Origin: Candidatus Poribacteria bacterium
Lineage (GTDB): Bacteria; Poribacteria; WGA-4E; WGA-3G
NCBI GenBank assembly: GCA_965214095.1
Contig: OZ243938.1
Location: 576,001 to 640,000 of the forward strand
Length of the DNA: 64,000 bases
Reading direction: 5' to 3'
The notes beneath the pieces are model-generated. The model was not told where the DNA came from. It saw only the letters and a program-made list of their open reading frames with translations, and searched no databases. Positions 30,340-39,937 of the stretch are shown one piece after another (positions within the stretch are counted from its first letter, which is position 1; every line of letters begins with the position of its first letter). The position numbers were made by a program, and so were the translations under genes.

Positions 30340-31610
30340 TCTATCTTGCCGATTGCATACAAGGCATCATAACTCCGTAAATAGAGAGTGCCATCAGCAA
30401 CAATAGGTGATGCAGCAACGGCTTCATCTATTGAATTGGTCGCCACGACTTCAAATTCGCGTCCTGCCTTAACAACTGTGACAACACCGTCACGAGCTGT
30501 TAGGTAGATATTGCCATTAGCATAGACAGGTGAAGATCGATGACGATGGTTATGTGTTCGTTCCTCATAGAGTTTTTCACCTGTTTTGGCATCAAGACAG
30601 ATAAGTACACCGTTTTCTCGGCAAAGGTAGACTAAGCCATCGTGAATAAGTGGGGATGGCACATCAGGCGTTCCACGTCCAAGTTTCCATATCTGCCATT
30701 CGCTTTCCGTTATGTCACCTTGACCAGATGGGTCTAAACCCAGTACAGGACCATTTTTTGCCGATGGAACAACTATGAGTCCTTCAGTTGCTACTGGAGA
30801 GGCAACGAGTCGGAAGGAAGTATTATACCTTTGTTTAGCGTTTAGTCCACCACATCGCCAAATCTCACTACCATCATCAAGACTATGTGCGGTAACATAA
30901 TCTGCACCATGAACAATGAGTAATTCTCTCTCTGCATCTTTATATAATATTGGCGAGGTGTATGCATGTTCACATTCTGCCCTTGCGTCACTTTTCCTGT
31001 CGTGCATCCATATCTCTTCACCTGTCATCTTATCAAGTGCAAGAACTAACCATGCGTTGCTGTGGATGAGTTGAAGGTATAATCTGTCTTTGTATAGCAG
31101 CGGAGTCATTGACATCAGGAAACCGAGTCTAAAATTACCATATCGTTCCTCAATATTTGTCTTCCATATACTATTTCCTTCAAAATCGTAGCAAACAAGA
31201 TCCCCTGTTCCGAGAAATGCCCAAACATATTTACCATCGGTTGTGGGAGAAGGAGCAGCATAGTTGACTTCATCGCCTCGTTTAGTACGATTGCCTTCTG
31301 CTAATGTGCGTTTCCATAATTCTTCGCCATCTGTGTTGATACACATCAGAACTAATTCCATGCCATCTGCACATGTCAGAAAAATCTTATCATTCCAAAC
31401 AACAGGAGTAGATGCGCCTTCACCCGGTAATGGAAGTCTCCAACGTACATTCTCAGTCTGACTCCACTGAATTGGCACATCAGTTTCATTGCTGATTCCG
31501 TCATTGTTTGCCCCTCTCCACTGATGCCAGTTTTCAGAAAAACAGTCATCTATTGGTATGAGAGATAATATAAGGATTATAACCAAATTACTGATTAACA
31601 GTTTCCGCAT
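30336..31610 (-). CDS. Secreted PQQ-binding-like beta-propeller protein
   Basis: Signal peptide, NWHQWRG, repeated SP/TP...W blades; start at ATG 31610. Confidence 0.82.
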   Translation of the reverse strand: MRKLLISNLVIILILSLIPIDDCFSENWHQWRGANNDGISNETDVPIQWSQTENVRWRLPLPGEGASTPVVWNDKIFLTCADGMELVLMCINTDGEELWKRTLAEGNRTKRGDEVNYAAPSPTTDGKYVWAFLGTGDLVCYDFEGNSIWKTNIEERYGNFRLGFLMSMTPLLYKDRLYLQLIHSNAWLVLALDKMTGEEIWMHDRKSDARAECEHAYTSPILYKDAERELLIVHGADYVTAHSLDDGSEIWRCGGLNAKQRYNTSFRLVASPVATEGLIVVPSAKNGPVLGLDPSGQGDITESEWQIWKLGRGTPDVPSPLIHDGLVYLCRENGVLICLDAKTGEKLYEERTHNHRHRSSPVYANGNIYLTARDGVVTVVKAGREFEVVATNSIDEAVAASPIVADGTLYLRSYDALYAIGKIE

Positions 31611-31773
31611 GATATTCCTCCATTTTCTCGGAATGCAAATAAAAGTAACTATTTCATTGTCTCTACCTTCGTCTATTTGTATATTTGTCACCTAACTTTT
31701 ACCTTGATTATGTTTATATTAAGATAGCATATTCTGAATGAATATGCTATGTATTTGTTGTATATTATAGTGA

Positions 31774-31876
31774 TATAGTGAATTATAAATATAAGTTAAC
31801 ACTTTCACCCCACGGTAGGCGAGGTTTCCTAACCTCGCTGATGCAGAGTGTTCAAGTAATTTCAAAATCTACCATA
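31774..31876. mobile_element. IS630-type MITE with GTAG REP-like hairpin
   Basis: TATAGTGAATT...ACCATA; GTAGGCGAGGTTTCCTAACCTCGC; near-identical to 43759-43860. Confidence 0.7.
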
Positions 31877-31895
31877 AATCAGATACGATTTCGAT

Positions 31896-33806
31896 TTATT
31901 CTGTATTTTCTGGTTGTTCAACTTGATAGTACTCACCTAACACTTCATTAGCAAGACTTCTCCCATCTTCAATGACCCGTGCAGCGAAATCTAGAGATAT
32001 TTGCGTGATGTCATTTTCTTGTGCGCGCTGTTCAATGCGAGTTTGTGTAATATTCCGCATAAAACCTGCTGGCACAAGATTCAACCGCTCAATCGCATCA
32101 TCTGTCCATTTCAATGAACTTACAAAGTCTTCAGATGGAGTAGAATCTTGGGTTTCGTTTTGTGTTTGTAATGCTTTGAGTTCTGGAGCATCCTCCCGAA
32201 CAGCGGCTGCTTCCCCCATACTATCGTCAATGATTTCCATAGCGAAAGCATTTGTGATTGTGTTTATCTTTTGTGACCGAGCAGATTTTTCAATTCGCGC
32301 TTTGACATTACGTCGCATATAGCCGCGTGGGACAGTACGTAGTGCTTTCTTTGACTGCTCAGACCATTGCAATCGGATACCGTCGAATGTCTCCACTTCA
32401 TCAGCACCACCCTCGTCAATTGCAATGTTATCAAGTGAATCTTTATCAACCATCTGGAAACGTTCTGGTGGTGAACTACAGACAGGACATTTGACAGGTT
32501 GTTCGTTGTGGGCAGCGTATCCGCATTCACCGCATATATATGTCTGTACTGCATCTGATTCTAAGACCTTCTGTTCCGCGATTTCCTTCGCAACTCTTGT
32601 GAGTTTCTCAGATGCGCGTTGCGGCATAATCGCTTCCATCGCCTTGTCAATAACACTTTCAGTAATAACTGAATGCCCACGCTCAATGGCAAAACGGTGA
32701 ACAGCGGTTTTAGCTATACCCCGCACCAAAGGAGGTGCTTTCTCCATGCGATCCATTGCTTCCTGTGTCCAAACAAGGGTTTCTTCAGCTTTTACGTCAA
32801 TCTGAGGGAAATAACGTTGGCTTGAAAGCATGATATTACATGGAGCAAGACGTAGGAGATTCTCTGCGGTGCTGCCTATGTCAGAATCTTGTTCATTATG
32901 GACACCGATTCTTCCAATAACAAGTAGCCAGGGATTGGTTTTACGAGTGTATTGCAATATTTTTTCGTAGGCTTTTCCATCAAGAAGGGTGATTTTTAGT
33001 TGATAGTCGTGTTCTTCCTTTGCTATTGAACGTGCAACCTCAAGGTGGGATTGGTATATTTTAGCAAGACCGGTATCTATTACCTCTTCGTGTAATTGTT
33101 CCTGCTCTTTGAATCTGAAAGTTCTTGCTGCGCGTTCAGTGAGAACATTCACAACAGAGTTGAAGACGATGTAGTGGAGATAAGGGTCGTAGACACCAAC
33201 TGCTTCCACTTGCCTGTTGAATTTCTGACCGAGTTGTATAGCAGTTTTCAATCCAGAAAAAGACTCTGGACTTCCATCAATTCCAACAAGTATATTTCCA
33301 TTTTGTTGATTAACTGAGTTAAGATCTCTAACAACAAGTGTATCCGTTGTTATCCGACGTACAACACGTTCACAGACTCCACCGATTAGGCTGTCCTTTA
33401 CTGCACCCATACCGAGTGCACCCATAATTACCAAATCGTAATCGCTTTCCTGAATATCCTCAACAAGCTTAATGTAGTGCTTACCTTCAGGCATCTTCGG
33501 TTCAAATGGTATGTTAAGTTTTTCACACTTATGTTTCATTACCTCAAGATATGAATCTGAGATAAGTTGTAGTCCCATAGTAATGAGAGTGTCGTGAATG
33601 CGACGTTGCTTTTCAAGTTCTACTTCGTCCTGATATTCTTCTGGTAAAGTATATTCCATCTGTTTGAAGCGAACATCATGCATTTTCGCTGCATAAACGT
33701 GGGAACCGACCAATTGAGATTCAAATTTCTTTGCGAATTCAACCGCTAAATCAATACTTACATCAGAATAGTCTGAATTATCAACCGGAACATATATTTT
33801 TTTCAT
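31896..33806 (-). CDS. Tandem universal stress protein with rubredoxin-like and three PCP_red-like domains
   Basis: IYVPVDNS...DLVIMGALG and ILVGIDGS USP domains; CGEC...CPVC; three W[TS]..A..R....P..[VM]R repeats. Confidence 0.85.
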   Translation of the reverse strand: MKKIYVPVDNSDYSDVSIDLAVEFAKKFESQLVGSHVYAAKMHDVRFKQMEYTLPEEYQDEVELEKQRRIHDTLITMGLQLISDSYLEVMKHKCEKLNIPFEPKMPEGKHYIKLVEDIQESDYDLVIMGALGMGAVKDSLIGGVCERVVRRITTDTLVVRDLNSVNQQNGNILVGIDGSPESFSGLKTAIQLGQKFNRQVEAVGVYDPYLHYIVFNSVVNVLTERAARTFRFKEQEQLHEEVIDTGLAKIYQSHLEVARSIAKEEHDYQLKITLLDGKAYEKILQYTRKTNPWLLVIGRIGVHNEQDSDIGSTAENLLRLAPCNIMLSSQRYFPQIDVKAEETLVWTQEAMDRMEKAPPLVRGIAKTAVHRFAIERGHSVITESVIDKAMEAIMPQRASEKLTRVAKEIAEQKVLESDAVQTYICGECGYAAHNEQPVKCPVCSSPPERFQMVDKDSLDNIAIDEGGADEVETFDGIRLQWSEQSKKALRTVPRGYMRRNVKARIEKSARSQKINTITNAFAMEIIDDSMGEAAAVREDAPELKALQTQNETQDSTPSEDFVSSLKWTDDAIERLNLVPAGFMRNITQTRIEQRAQENDITQISLDFAARVIEDGRSLANEVLGEYYQVEQPENTE

Positions 33807-33839
33807 TTCTCTTCTCTCTTCTCATACATAAAAATACGC

Positions 33840-34103
33840 TTATCGCGTCTGAACATTATCACACGGTTTGAAACGAGAACCAACATATCCTCCGACAATA
33901 TGAGCAATCAGAACTGCAGGCCATAAGTAAATCAAAGCGGTTTGCCAATCCCAGTGAAGGATAAAACGTCTGACAAGAATGTTAAGCACAATTGGTATAT
34001 ATAGACACCTGCTCCAAGGACGACTGAATTTTTTGTAACGAACCCGATAAAATCCAAATGGAAAATGAACCAGAAAGGCAATAAAGGAAACTATTAGGTT
34101 CAT
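33840..34103 (-). CDS. Small membrane protein
   Basis: 87 aa, 3 TMs, co-directional in the cluster. Confidence 0.6.
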   Translation of the reverse strand: MNLIVSFIAFLVHFPFGFYRVRYKKFSRPWSRCLYIPIVLNILVRRFILHWDWQTALIYLWPAVLIAHIVGGYVGSRFKPCDNVQTR

Positions 34104-34110
34104 AAGAAAT

Positions 34111-34743
34111 CTATTTATGAAGTGTTTTCATATCCTTACGAAGTTTCGTCATTGCTGCTTCACTGTGGCTATCGTAATAACCGTAAATGTCTCCATTTGG
34201 AGCAACGAGAACAAACTTTCTACTATGTGGAAACACACCTTCATGTTGTGCAGCGGCTAATTTAAATCCGTTATTTGCCAATTGATAAATCTGATCCTTC
34301 TCACCAGTCAGAAAATGCCAGGTTTTTTCATCTGCTCCATAACGTTCAGCATAATTCGCAAGCACTTCTGATGTATCACGTTCTGGGTCAACGGTAAAGG
34401 AAACGAAGTTCACATCAGAGGAACTAAACTCTGATTGCAATGTTGCCATCTCTTTTGTCATTATAGGACAAATTGTAGGACAATTGGTAAAAATAAAATC
34501 CGCTACCCAGACTTTACCAGATAAATCAGACAAACTTATTTCGTCTCTCTGTTGGTTCGTCAATGTAAATTCTGGGACACTTGCGATTAGTTTCTCAGAA
34601 TCAGATTCATCTTTATTTTCAAACATTAACCACAAATTGAATAGTGCAATACTGATGATAATTAATCCTAATACAACCCAAGGAAGTGTGGATTTATCAA
34701 GTTTACGCCGCTTGGACTCAAGATTACTTTTCTGATGTTCCAT
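34111..34743 (-). CDS. SCO/SenC copper chaperone
   Basis: FIFTNCPTICP (CxxxC), VDPERDT, conserved His (PHS). Confidence 0.92.
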   Translation of the reverse strand: MEHQKSNLESKRRKLDKSTLPWVVLGLIIISIALFNLWLMFENKDESDSEKLIASVPEFTLTNQQRDEISLSDLSGKVWVADFIFTNCPTICPIMTKEMATLQSEFSSSDVNFVSFTVDPERDTSEVLANYAERYGADEKTWHFLTGEKDQIYQLANNGFKLAAAQHEGVFPHSRKFVLVAPNGDIYGYYDSHSEAAMTKLRKDMKTLHK

Positions 34744-34785
34744 ACTCTTTGTGTCTACTATTGATGGATTGTATTGCTACTTACC

Positions 34786-35124
34786 CTAATTCGGTGTGGT
34801 CTCAACGACCTTTTCAACAGGTTTTTCAATTGCATTGTGACGCGCATCTGTTGTCAAGTCAGGCATTAACATAATAACAAGGAAGACGCAGATGACAAAT
34901 GGTGTAATCACAATTGCAGATAAAGTGCGTTTTTCCAGATTTAGATGCATAAAATACGCAGCGACTAAGAATGCTTTACCGCAAGCCAATCCAATGAGTA
35001 GGATCGCTTTGATAACGGTCGAATACTCAGGTATTGCAACACCAACCTCAATGGCAGTTAACACAGTAAGCCACAAAAAAATAAACCAATACCTTGTATG
35101 TTTATGTTCTCCGTTCTGAGCCAT
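34786..35124 (-). CDS. Cytochrome c oxidase subunit IV family
   Basis: LTAIEV...KAFLVAAYFMHL motif. Confidence 0.85.
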   Translation of the reverse strand: MAQNGEHKHTRYWFIFLWLTVLTAIEVGVAIPEYSTVIKAILLIGLACGKAFLVAAYFMHLNLEKRTLSAIVITPFVICVFLVIMLMPDLTTDARHNAIEKPVEKVVETTPN

Positions 35125-35134
35125 TAATCTCCTC

Positions 35135-35794
35135 CTATAATAAATAGATAAATGTGAAAACCATGATCCAGATAAGATCTACAAAGTGCCAATAGAGTCC
35201 AACAATTTCTACTTCATGGTTAAATTCAGCAGTATATCTCCCACGCAGACCATGGATCAGGATAACTATCAGATATATTACACCACCAGTTACATGCAAT
35301 CCGTGGAATCCAGTGATAGCATAGAAAGTGGGACCAAACAGAGTAGAACCACTAATTGCAGCACCTGATAGTCCATGGTCTGGAATACCTGTCAAAGTTA
35401 ATCCGTGTTTGATTAGATGTGTCCATTCATACACTTGCAATCCAAGAAAAATAACACCACCTAAAATTGTTAATCCAAGATACATACACATCCGAGAGAC
35501 GTTACCCTTCTGAATTGACTCTAATGATTTAACCATAGTAACACTGCTGCAAATCAACAGAAATGTCATACCAGCGGTCAGATTTATGCCAAGAATCTCA
35601 CTGGGTGTCACCCATCCGACTACGCCTGCTCCAGCTCTGAGTGCTGCATAAGCCGCGAGCAAAGCACCAAATGACATGGTATCGCCAATGAGGAATATCC
35701 ACATGCCGAGTTTGCCAAGACTATCTGGTGTAAGCGATGGTTCGTATACGTCTTCAGTATGTTCTAAAGTGGTAGCTTGTTCCACTATACTCAA
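35135..35794 (-). CDS. ctaE: Heme-copper oxidase subunit III (short form)
   Basis: KLGMWIFL, TFLLICSS, ITGFHGLHV, GLYWHFVDLIW. Confidence 0.9.
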   Translation of the reverse strand: MSIVEQATTLEHTEDVYEPSLTPDSLGKLGMWIFLIGDTMSFGALLAAYAALRAGAGVVGWVTPSEILGINLTAGMTFLLICSSVTMVKSLESIQKGNVSRMCMYLGLTILGGVIFLGLQVYEWTHLIKHGLTLTGIPDHGLSGAAISGSTLFGPTFYAITGFHGLHVTGGVIYLIVILIHGLRGRYTAEFNHEVEIVGLYWHFVDLIWIMVFTFIYLL

Positions 35795-35887
35795 CTCCTT
35801 TATTATTGTTATACCTATTTTATTCTCATATAACTACATATTTCAATTGCAATTATTACCGATTTACTTCTATCAACAATTGCGTAT

Positions 35888-36757
35888 TTATTTTTTTCCT
35901 ATCTGAATTCGATTATTAGCTATGACAGACATTTCTTTGTCAATCTCAAACCCAATGAACTCTCGTCCCTCTTCAAGTGCTGCCCTGCCAGTTGAACCTG
36001 AACCAGCAAATGGATCACATACGATTGATCCTTCCGCAGAAAATATCCTAATGAGATGTCGCAGCAAAGGAACAGGTTTGGCAGCGATATGTCCGAACTT
36101 CTCACGCGGTTTGGGAACAGGAATCACTGTACCGGGAAATCTTTCGTTTTCAAGAACTGGATTAGATACATCAATGAGTCCCGTCTGATGTTGTAACCAA
36201 TTGTCAACGAATGTTCCTTCACGCGGAGATTGCGCTAATATAATCAACTCCATCTGTGGCTTAAGTTGCGGTGTCTTTCTACCACCTAATGCTTGAATAA
36301 TCCTCTCTTTTTCATCATTTGGAAGGTTGCGCTTCCGAACGAAATGGTCTTGTTTAAATGCTTTTGCTTGTCCTTCATATCGCCATGCTAACATATCACG
36401 AATTTCAAAACCGGCATCCTCTATGGCAATAGCTGCACGATGCGATAATCTTGGATGTGAAAAACAGAGAATAAACCCTCCAGGTTTGATTATCCTAAAC
36501 CATTCTTCAGCTATCGGTACCAGAAATCTGTATAGATTTTTACCTTGTTCCTTGTCAAATTTCATACCAACAGGCAGTCCACCAATAACACTTTTCTTTT
36601 GTCTGGATTTAATTTGTTGTTTGTCCCAGTTGTCATCCAATCCATCAAGGAAATAGGGTGGATCTGTTAATATCAGTGAAACAGTATGTGTGGCAATTTT
36701 GGACATCCCATTTCTACAATCAATGCATTCTATCCAAGAGTCGCCACTATTCTTCAT
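35888..36757 (-). CDS. Orphan N6A/N4C DNA methyltransferase (beta class)
   Basis: TDPPY catalytic motif N-terminal; H...KP..L and DPFAGSGST SAM-binding motif C-terminal. Confidence 0.9.
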   Translation of the reverse strand: MKNSGDSWIECIDCRNGMSKIATHTVSLILTDPPYFLDGLDDNWDKQQIKSRQKKSVIGGLPVGMKFDKEQGKNLYRFLVPIAEEWFRIIKPGGFILCFSHPRLSHRAAIAIEDAGFEIRDMLAWRYEGQAKAFKQDHFVRKRNLPNDEKERIIQALGGRKTPQLKPQMELIILAQSPREGTFVDNWLQHQTGLIDVSNPVLENERFPGTVIPVPKPREKFGHIAAKPVPLLRHLIRIFSAEGSIVCDPFAGSGSTGRAALEEGREFIGFEIDKEMSVIANNRIQIGKK

Positions 36758-36983
36758 TATGTTTTATGTCTCTATTTGCGCGTCTATAAGAATAGAAAAC
36801 ACTCCCACCGATGACACCAAACACAGTGAAAGGCATCGCCATCATAAACAGTACACTCCAATTGAATCCGCGTGCAATCGGTTCATCTAAGTTTTTACAT
36901 GCAGGACATGCATCAAGAGAAAGCGGTATAATTGCAACAATGAGTACAGTTATTAGTAAACTCAAGACCATTTTCCGTAACAT
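36747..36983 (-). CDS. Small exported/membrane protein with CPAC motif (cox-associated)
   Basis: Signal peptide, ACPACK, GFNWSVLFMMAMPF TM; start at ATG 36983. Confidence 0.65.
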   Translation of the reverse strand: MLRKMVLSLLITVLIVAIIPLSLDACPACKNLDEPIARGFNWSVLFMMAMPFTVFGVIGGSVFYSYRRANRDIKHNEE

Positions 36984-36994
36984 TAAAGTCTCCT

Positions 36995-37570
36995 TCAGGC
37001 GAAATACACTAAATAGTAAAGTACAGGCCAAAGTGCAACCACATAAATCCAATAGATAGTACAGGTCTCAACACCTGTGTGATTTTCAGATGAAAACCTT
37101 CCTGTCAACGACATACCAATGACAATTGCTAACCAAATTACTGCTCCTAATACATGAATAGCATGACAACCGATAAGCACATAAAACGTAGCACCATATA
37201 CACCAGATTGAAGCGTCAATCCTTTACCAATTAGTTGAATCCACTCACTACCTTGTATTACGAGAAAAAGCAGTCCTAATGCTCCAGTGAAAAGTAAGTA
37301 ATATCGTAGATACTTCACCTTATCAAGTTGAATTGATCGTAATGCTTGAAACATCGTAAAGCCGCTAATAATCAGAAGTCCAGTATTGATACCTGTTACC
37401 AACCGTGGAAGTTGAATATCAGCATGAGACAATGGAGGCCATGTAACATTCCCCATTCGATATACCAAGAATGTTCCAATCAGTCCTGCAAACAACATCG
37501 TCTCAGCACCCAGGAGTATTAATACTCCTAATTTGGCATTACTAAATGGGCGATTTTCAGCAATTTCCAT
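36995..37570 (-). CDS. Second heme-copper oxidase subunit III-like protein
   Basis: KLGVLILLGAETMLF, NTGLLIIS, GCHAIHV, YWIYV. Confidence 0.85.
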   Translation of the reverse strand: MEIAENRPFSNAKLGVLILLGAETMLFAGLIGTFLVYRMGNVTWPPLSHADIQLPRLVTGINTGLLIISGFTMFQALRSIQLDKVKYLRYYLLFTGALGLLFLVIQGSEWIQLIGKGLTLQSGVYGATFYVLIGCHAIHVLGAVIWLAIVIGMSLTGRFSSENHTGVETCTIYWIYVVALWPVLYYLVYFA

Positions 37571-37584
37571 ACCACGTTATACCA

Positions 37585-37863
37585 TCATCCACGAACTCTG
37601 CGGTACCCTTTTTTTATTAAATTAACGACAAAAGCAATAAGGCCAGTCCTAATAATTATCTCAATAACGGCTGCACCTATAAGAAAAATACCGACCACGG
37701 CTGCGATAATTGTTGTAATTACTGAAACAAGTCTTTTTATGGAAGGTGATGCTTCAAAACCGACTACAAATCCTATCGTAGTAATTGCGAATAAGCCTAA
37801 GAAAATTACACCTAAAATAAGACCAATCTTCAGATTTCCTCTTCTACGTTCACGGTTGTCCAT
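37585..37863 (-). CDS. Small membrane protein
   Basis: 92 aa, 2 TMs, GGAG RBS. Confidence 0.6.
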   Translation of the reverse strand: MDNRERRRGNLKIGLILGVIFLGLFAITTIGFVVGFEASPSIKRLVSVITTIIAAVVGIFLIGAAVIEIIIRTGLIAFVVNLIKKGYRRVRG

Positions 37864-37874
37864 ATTGACTCCAT

Positions 37875-38807
37875 TTAAAAATGTATCTTATCTATTGCCA
37901 TCGTTATGAATATTAGTGGCAGATACAATAAAGATGCATAAAGCACATATCGTGCGGTTTTGACTGTAGGCCTTTTATCAAAATAGATACCACTTATCAA
38001 AAACATACCACCCACGAGTAGTGCTACCAGAAAATATATTCCACCGGATATATTGAAAAGAGTAGGTAGAAGACCTATACCAAAAAGTGCTATACAGTTG
38101 ATTACAATCTGACGACGTGTGCTCATTCCATCTGGATGTATAACAGGTAATAACTTTAATCCAGCATCTGCGTAATCCTGGCGATAAATAAATGCAATCG
38201 CCAGTGAGTGTGGTAGTTGCCAAAGAAATAGAATAGCGAACAATACACATGCAGAACCTGATATTTTACCCTGTGCTGCTACCCATCCTACAACAGGTGG
38301 TAACGCACCGGGGAACGCTCCAATTAGCGTACACAATGACGTACTACGTTTTAGTGGTGTATAGATAAACAGATAACTTACAACAATTAGAGAAATAATG
38401 AATCCACTCAACGGGTTTACAAAAGTCGTTAGGTATAACATTCCTCCTGTTGTGAGTAAAACACAAAAAATCAGTGCTTCCATTCCATGTATTCTTCCAG
38501 TAGGAAGCGGTCTGTGCTGCGTTCGCGCCATCAACGCATCAATGTCACGTTCAAGGTATTGGTTTAGACCTAACACACCTGCTGCAGTTAACCCCGCACC
38601 AATAATCGTGTGTCCAAATAACATCCAGTTCATTGCCCCTTGTGTGCCGAGATAGAAACCAGCAGCAGTCGTAACAAGAATCATCAATACCAGTCGTGGT
38701 TTGGTAAGTTCAATATAAGCATCAACACGTCTCATTAACACTGAGACTCTTGATGGTTGATCTACTGTATCACTGCCGTTAGGTATGGTTACTGTTGTTG
38801 AACGCAT
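37875..38807 (-). CDS. ctaB: Protoheme IX farnesyltransferase (heme O synthase)
   Basis: LTKPR, NQYLERDIDALMARTQHRPLPTG, YTPLKR, GALPP, WQLPH. Confidence 0.93.
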   Translation of the reverse strand: MRSTTVTIPNGSDTVDQPSRVSVLMRRVDAYIELTKPRLVLMILVTTAAGFYLGTQGAMNWMLFGHTIIGAGLTAAGVLGLNQYLERDIDALMARTQHRPLPTGRIHGMEALIFCVLLTTGGMLYLTTFVNPLSGFIISLIVVSYLFIYTPLKRSTSLCTLIGAFPGALPPVVGWVAAQGKISGSACVLFAILFLWQLPHSLAIAFIYRQDYADAGLKLLPVIHPDGMSTRRQIVINCIALFGIGLLPTLFNISGGIYFLVALLVGGMFLISGIYFDKRPTVKTARYVLYASLLYLPLIFITMAIDKIHF

Positions 38808-38811
38808 AATG

Positions 38812-39756
38812 TTAATCTCTATCTATGACCGGTGTATTTGTATCAGGAATTTTTATCATCCTTGAAGTGTCTGTCAAACGGAAGATTTTCAATGTAATAA
38901 CAAAACTAATCGCTAACATAAGAGCACCGATAGCAACATGGCCTGTTGTCACAAGGTCCGTAAGTAGTGCTGATACCGTTTCTCCGAAGGCAGTTAGTCT
39001 TGTAATGTAAGCACCAGTTCCCAGCATCAACTGAATTGCAAGTAGACCAAGCAATAGCAGTGGGAATGTTTGTCCAATTTCTTGTGTTTGTACATCTGTA
39101 CTAAAGACGCGTCTGACCAATAAGATGATATGTAGTGTTACCAAGAATGCCAATAACAGATGGGCATCAAGACGGTTTCCAGTATGCCGTAATACTGCGC
39201 CAAAGATAAGCTGAACATATATCAGACACGTTGTTATCAGACTTAACCTTCGTAATTTCTTTGAGAGTATCTCATCAGTCTGTACTTCTGGTTCAATGCT
39301 ATGCCATGCTTGTGAGGTAAATAAACAAATGCCACACAATAATGATAAAAATGCTTGTGCCAGACACGCATGTATTATTGCAAAGTTCAGATTAAGTTCA
39401 GTTACTCTAAGTCCTCCGAGAACACCCTGCACACTGACACCAATGAGAGCAGCAAATCCAAGCCATTTTAACCACTTTCTGGAGTCTTTTATCAATATCA
39501 TAATGAACAAGGCAATCGTTAACAGACCTACAAGAGATCCCATCAAACGATGACTGTGTTCATATAGGATTCCACCTACCATCTCAGAAATCGGATACAG
39601 AAACATGTTGTAACCGAAAGTTGTGGGCCAATCTGGTACAGCTAATCCAGATTCAGTGCTTGTTACTATGCCTCCAATAACAATCAGTAAGAAAGTTGCT
39701 CCTGCCGTAATTATGGCAATTCTATATAACCAGGGACTATATATGGTTTGCTTCAT
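38812..39756 (-). CDS. ctaA: Heme A synthase (COX15/CtaA)
   Basis: GG.VT...SGLAVPDWP, EHSHR, QGVLGG, multiple conserved His. Confidence 0.9.
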   Translation of the reverse strand: MKQTIYSPWLYRIAIITAGATFLLIVIGGIVTSTESGLAVPDWPTTFGYNMFLYPISEMVGGILYEHSHRLMGSLVGLLTIALFIMILIKDSRKWLKWLGFAALIGVSVQGVLGGLRVTELNLNFAIIHACLAQAFLSLLCGICLFTSQAWHSIEPEVQTDEILSKKLRRLSLITTCLIYVQLIFGAVLRHTGNRLDAHLLLAFLVTLHIILLVRRVFSTDVQTQEIGQTFPLLLLGLLAIQLMLGTGAYITRLTAFGETVSALLTDLVTTGHVAIGALMLAISFVITLKIFRLTDTSRMIKIPDTNTPVIDRD

Positions 39757-39807
39757 TTTTTATTTAGCATAACTATCTCATATAACTAATTTTTGTTGCT
39801 TCGTCTA

Positions 39808-39933
39808 TATAGTAAAAACCATAATTATTTACACGCTACGGTAGGTTCGGTTTCCGAACCGGTGTCCCACGGTAGGCGAGGTTTCCTAACCTCGCCGATG
39901 CAGAGTGTTCAAGTAATTTCAAAATCTACTATA
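39808..39933. mobile_element. Chimeric IS630-type MITE with two REP-like hairpins
   Basis: Left end matches the 56560 element; right end matches the 31774/43759 elements. Confidence 0.7.
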
Positions 39934-39937
39934 CCAG

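Noticed and set aside
25104-33806. Photosynthesis or DPOR genes implied by PCP_red domains and b6-like cytochrome
   Set aside because: No bchL/N/B cores, reaction centre or pigment genes are present; only the short tail domain occurs.
35888-36757. Complete type II restriction-modification system
   Set aside because: No adjacent endonuclease; both neighbours are oxidase-operon genes.
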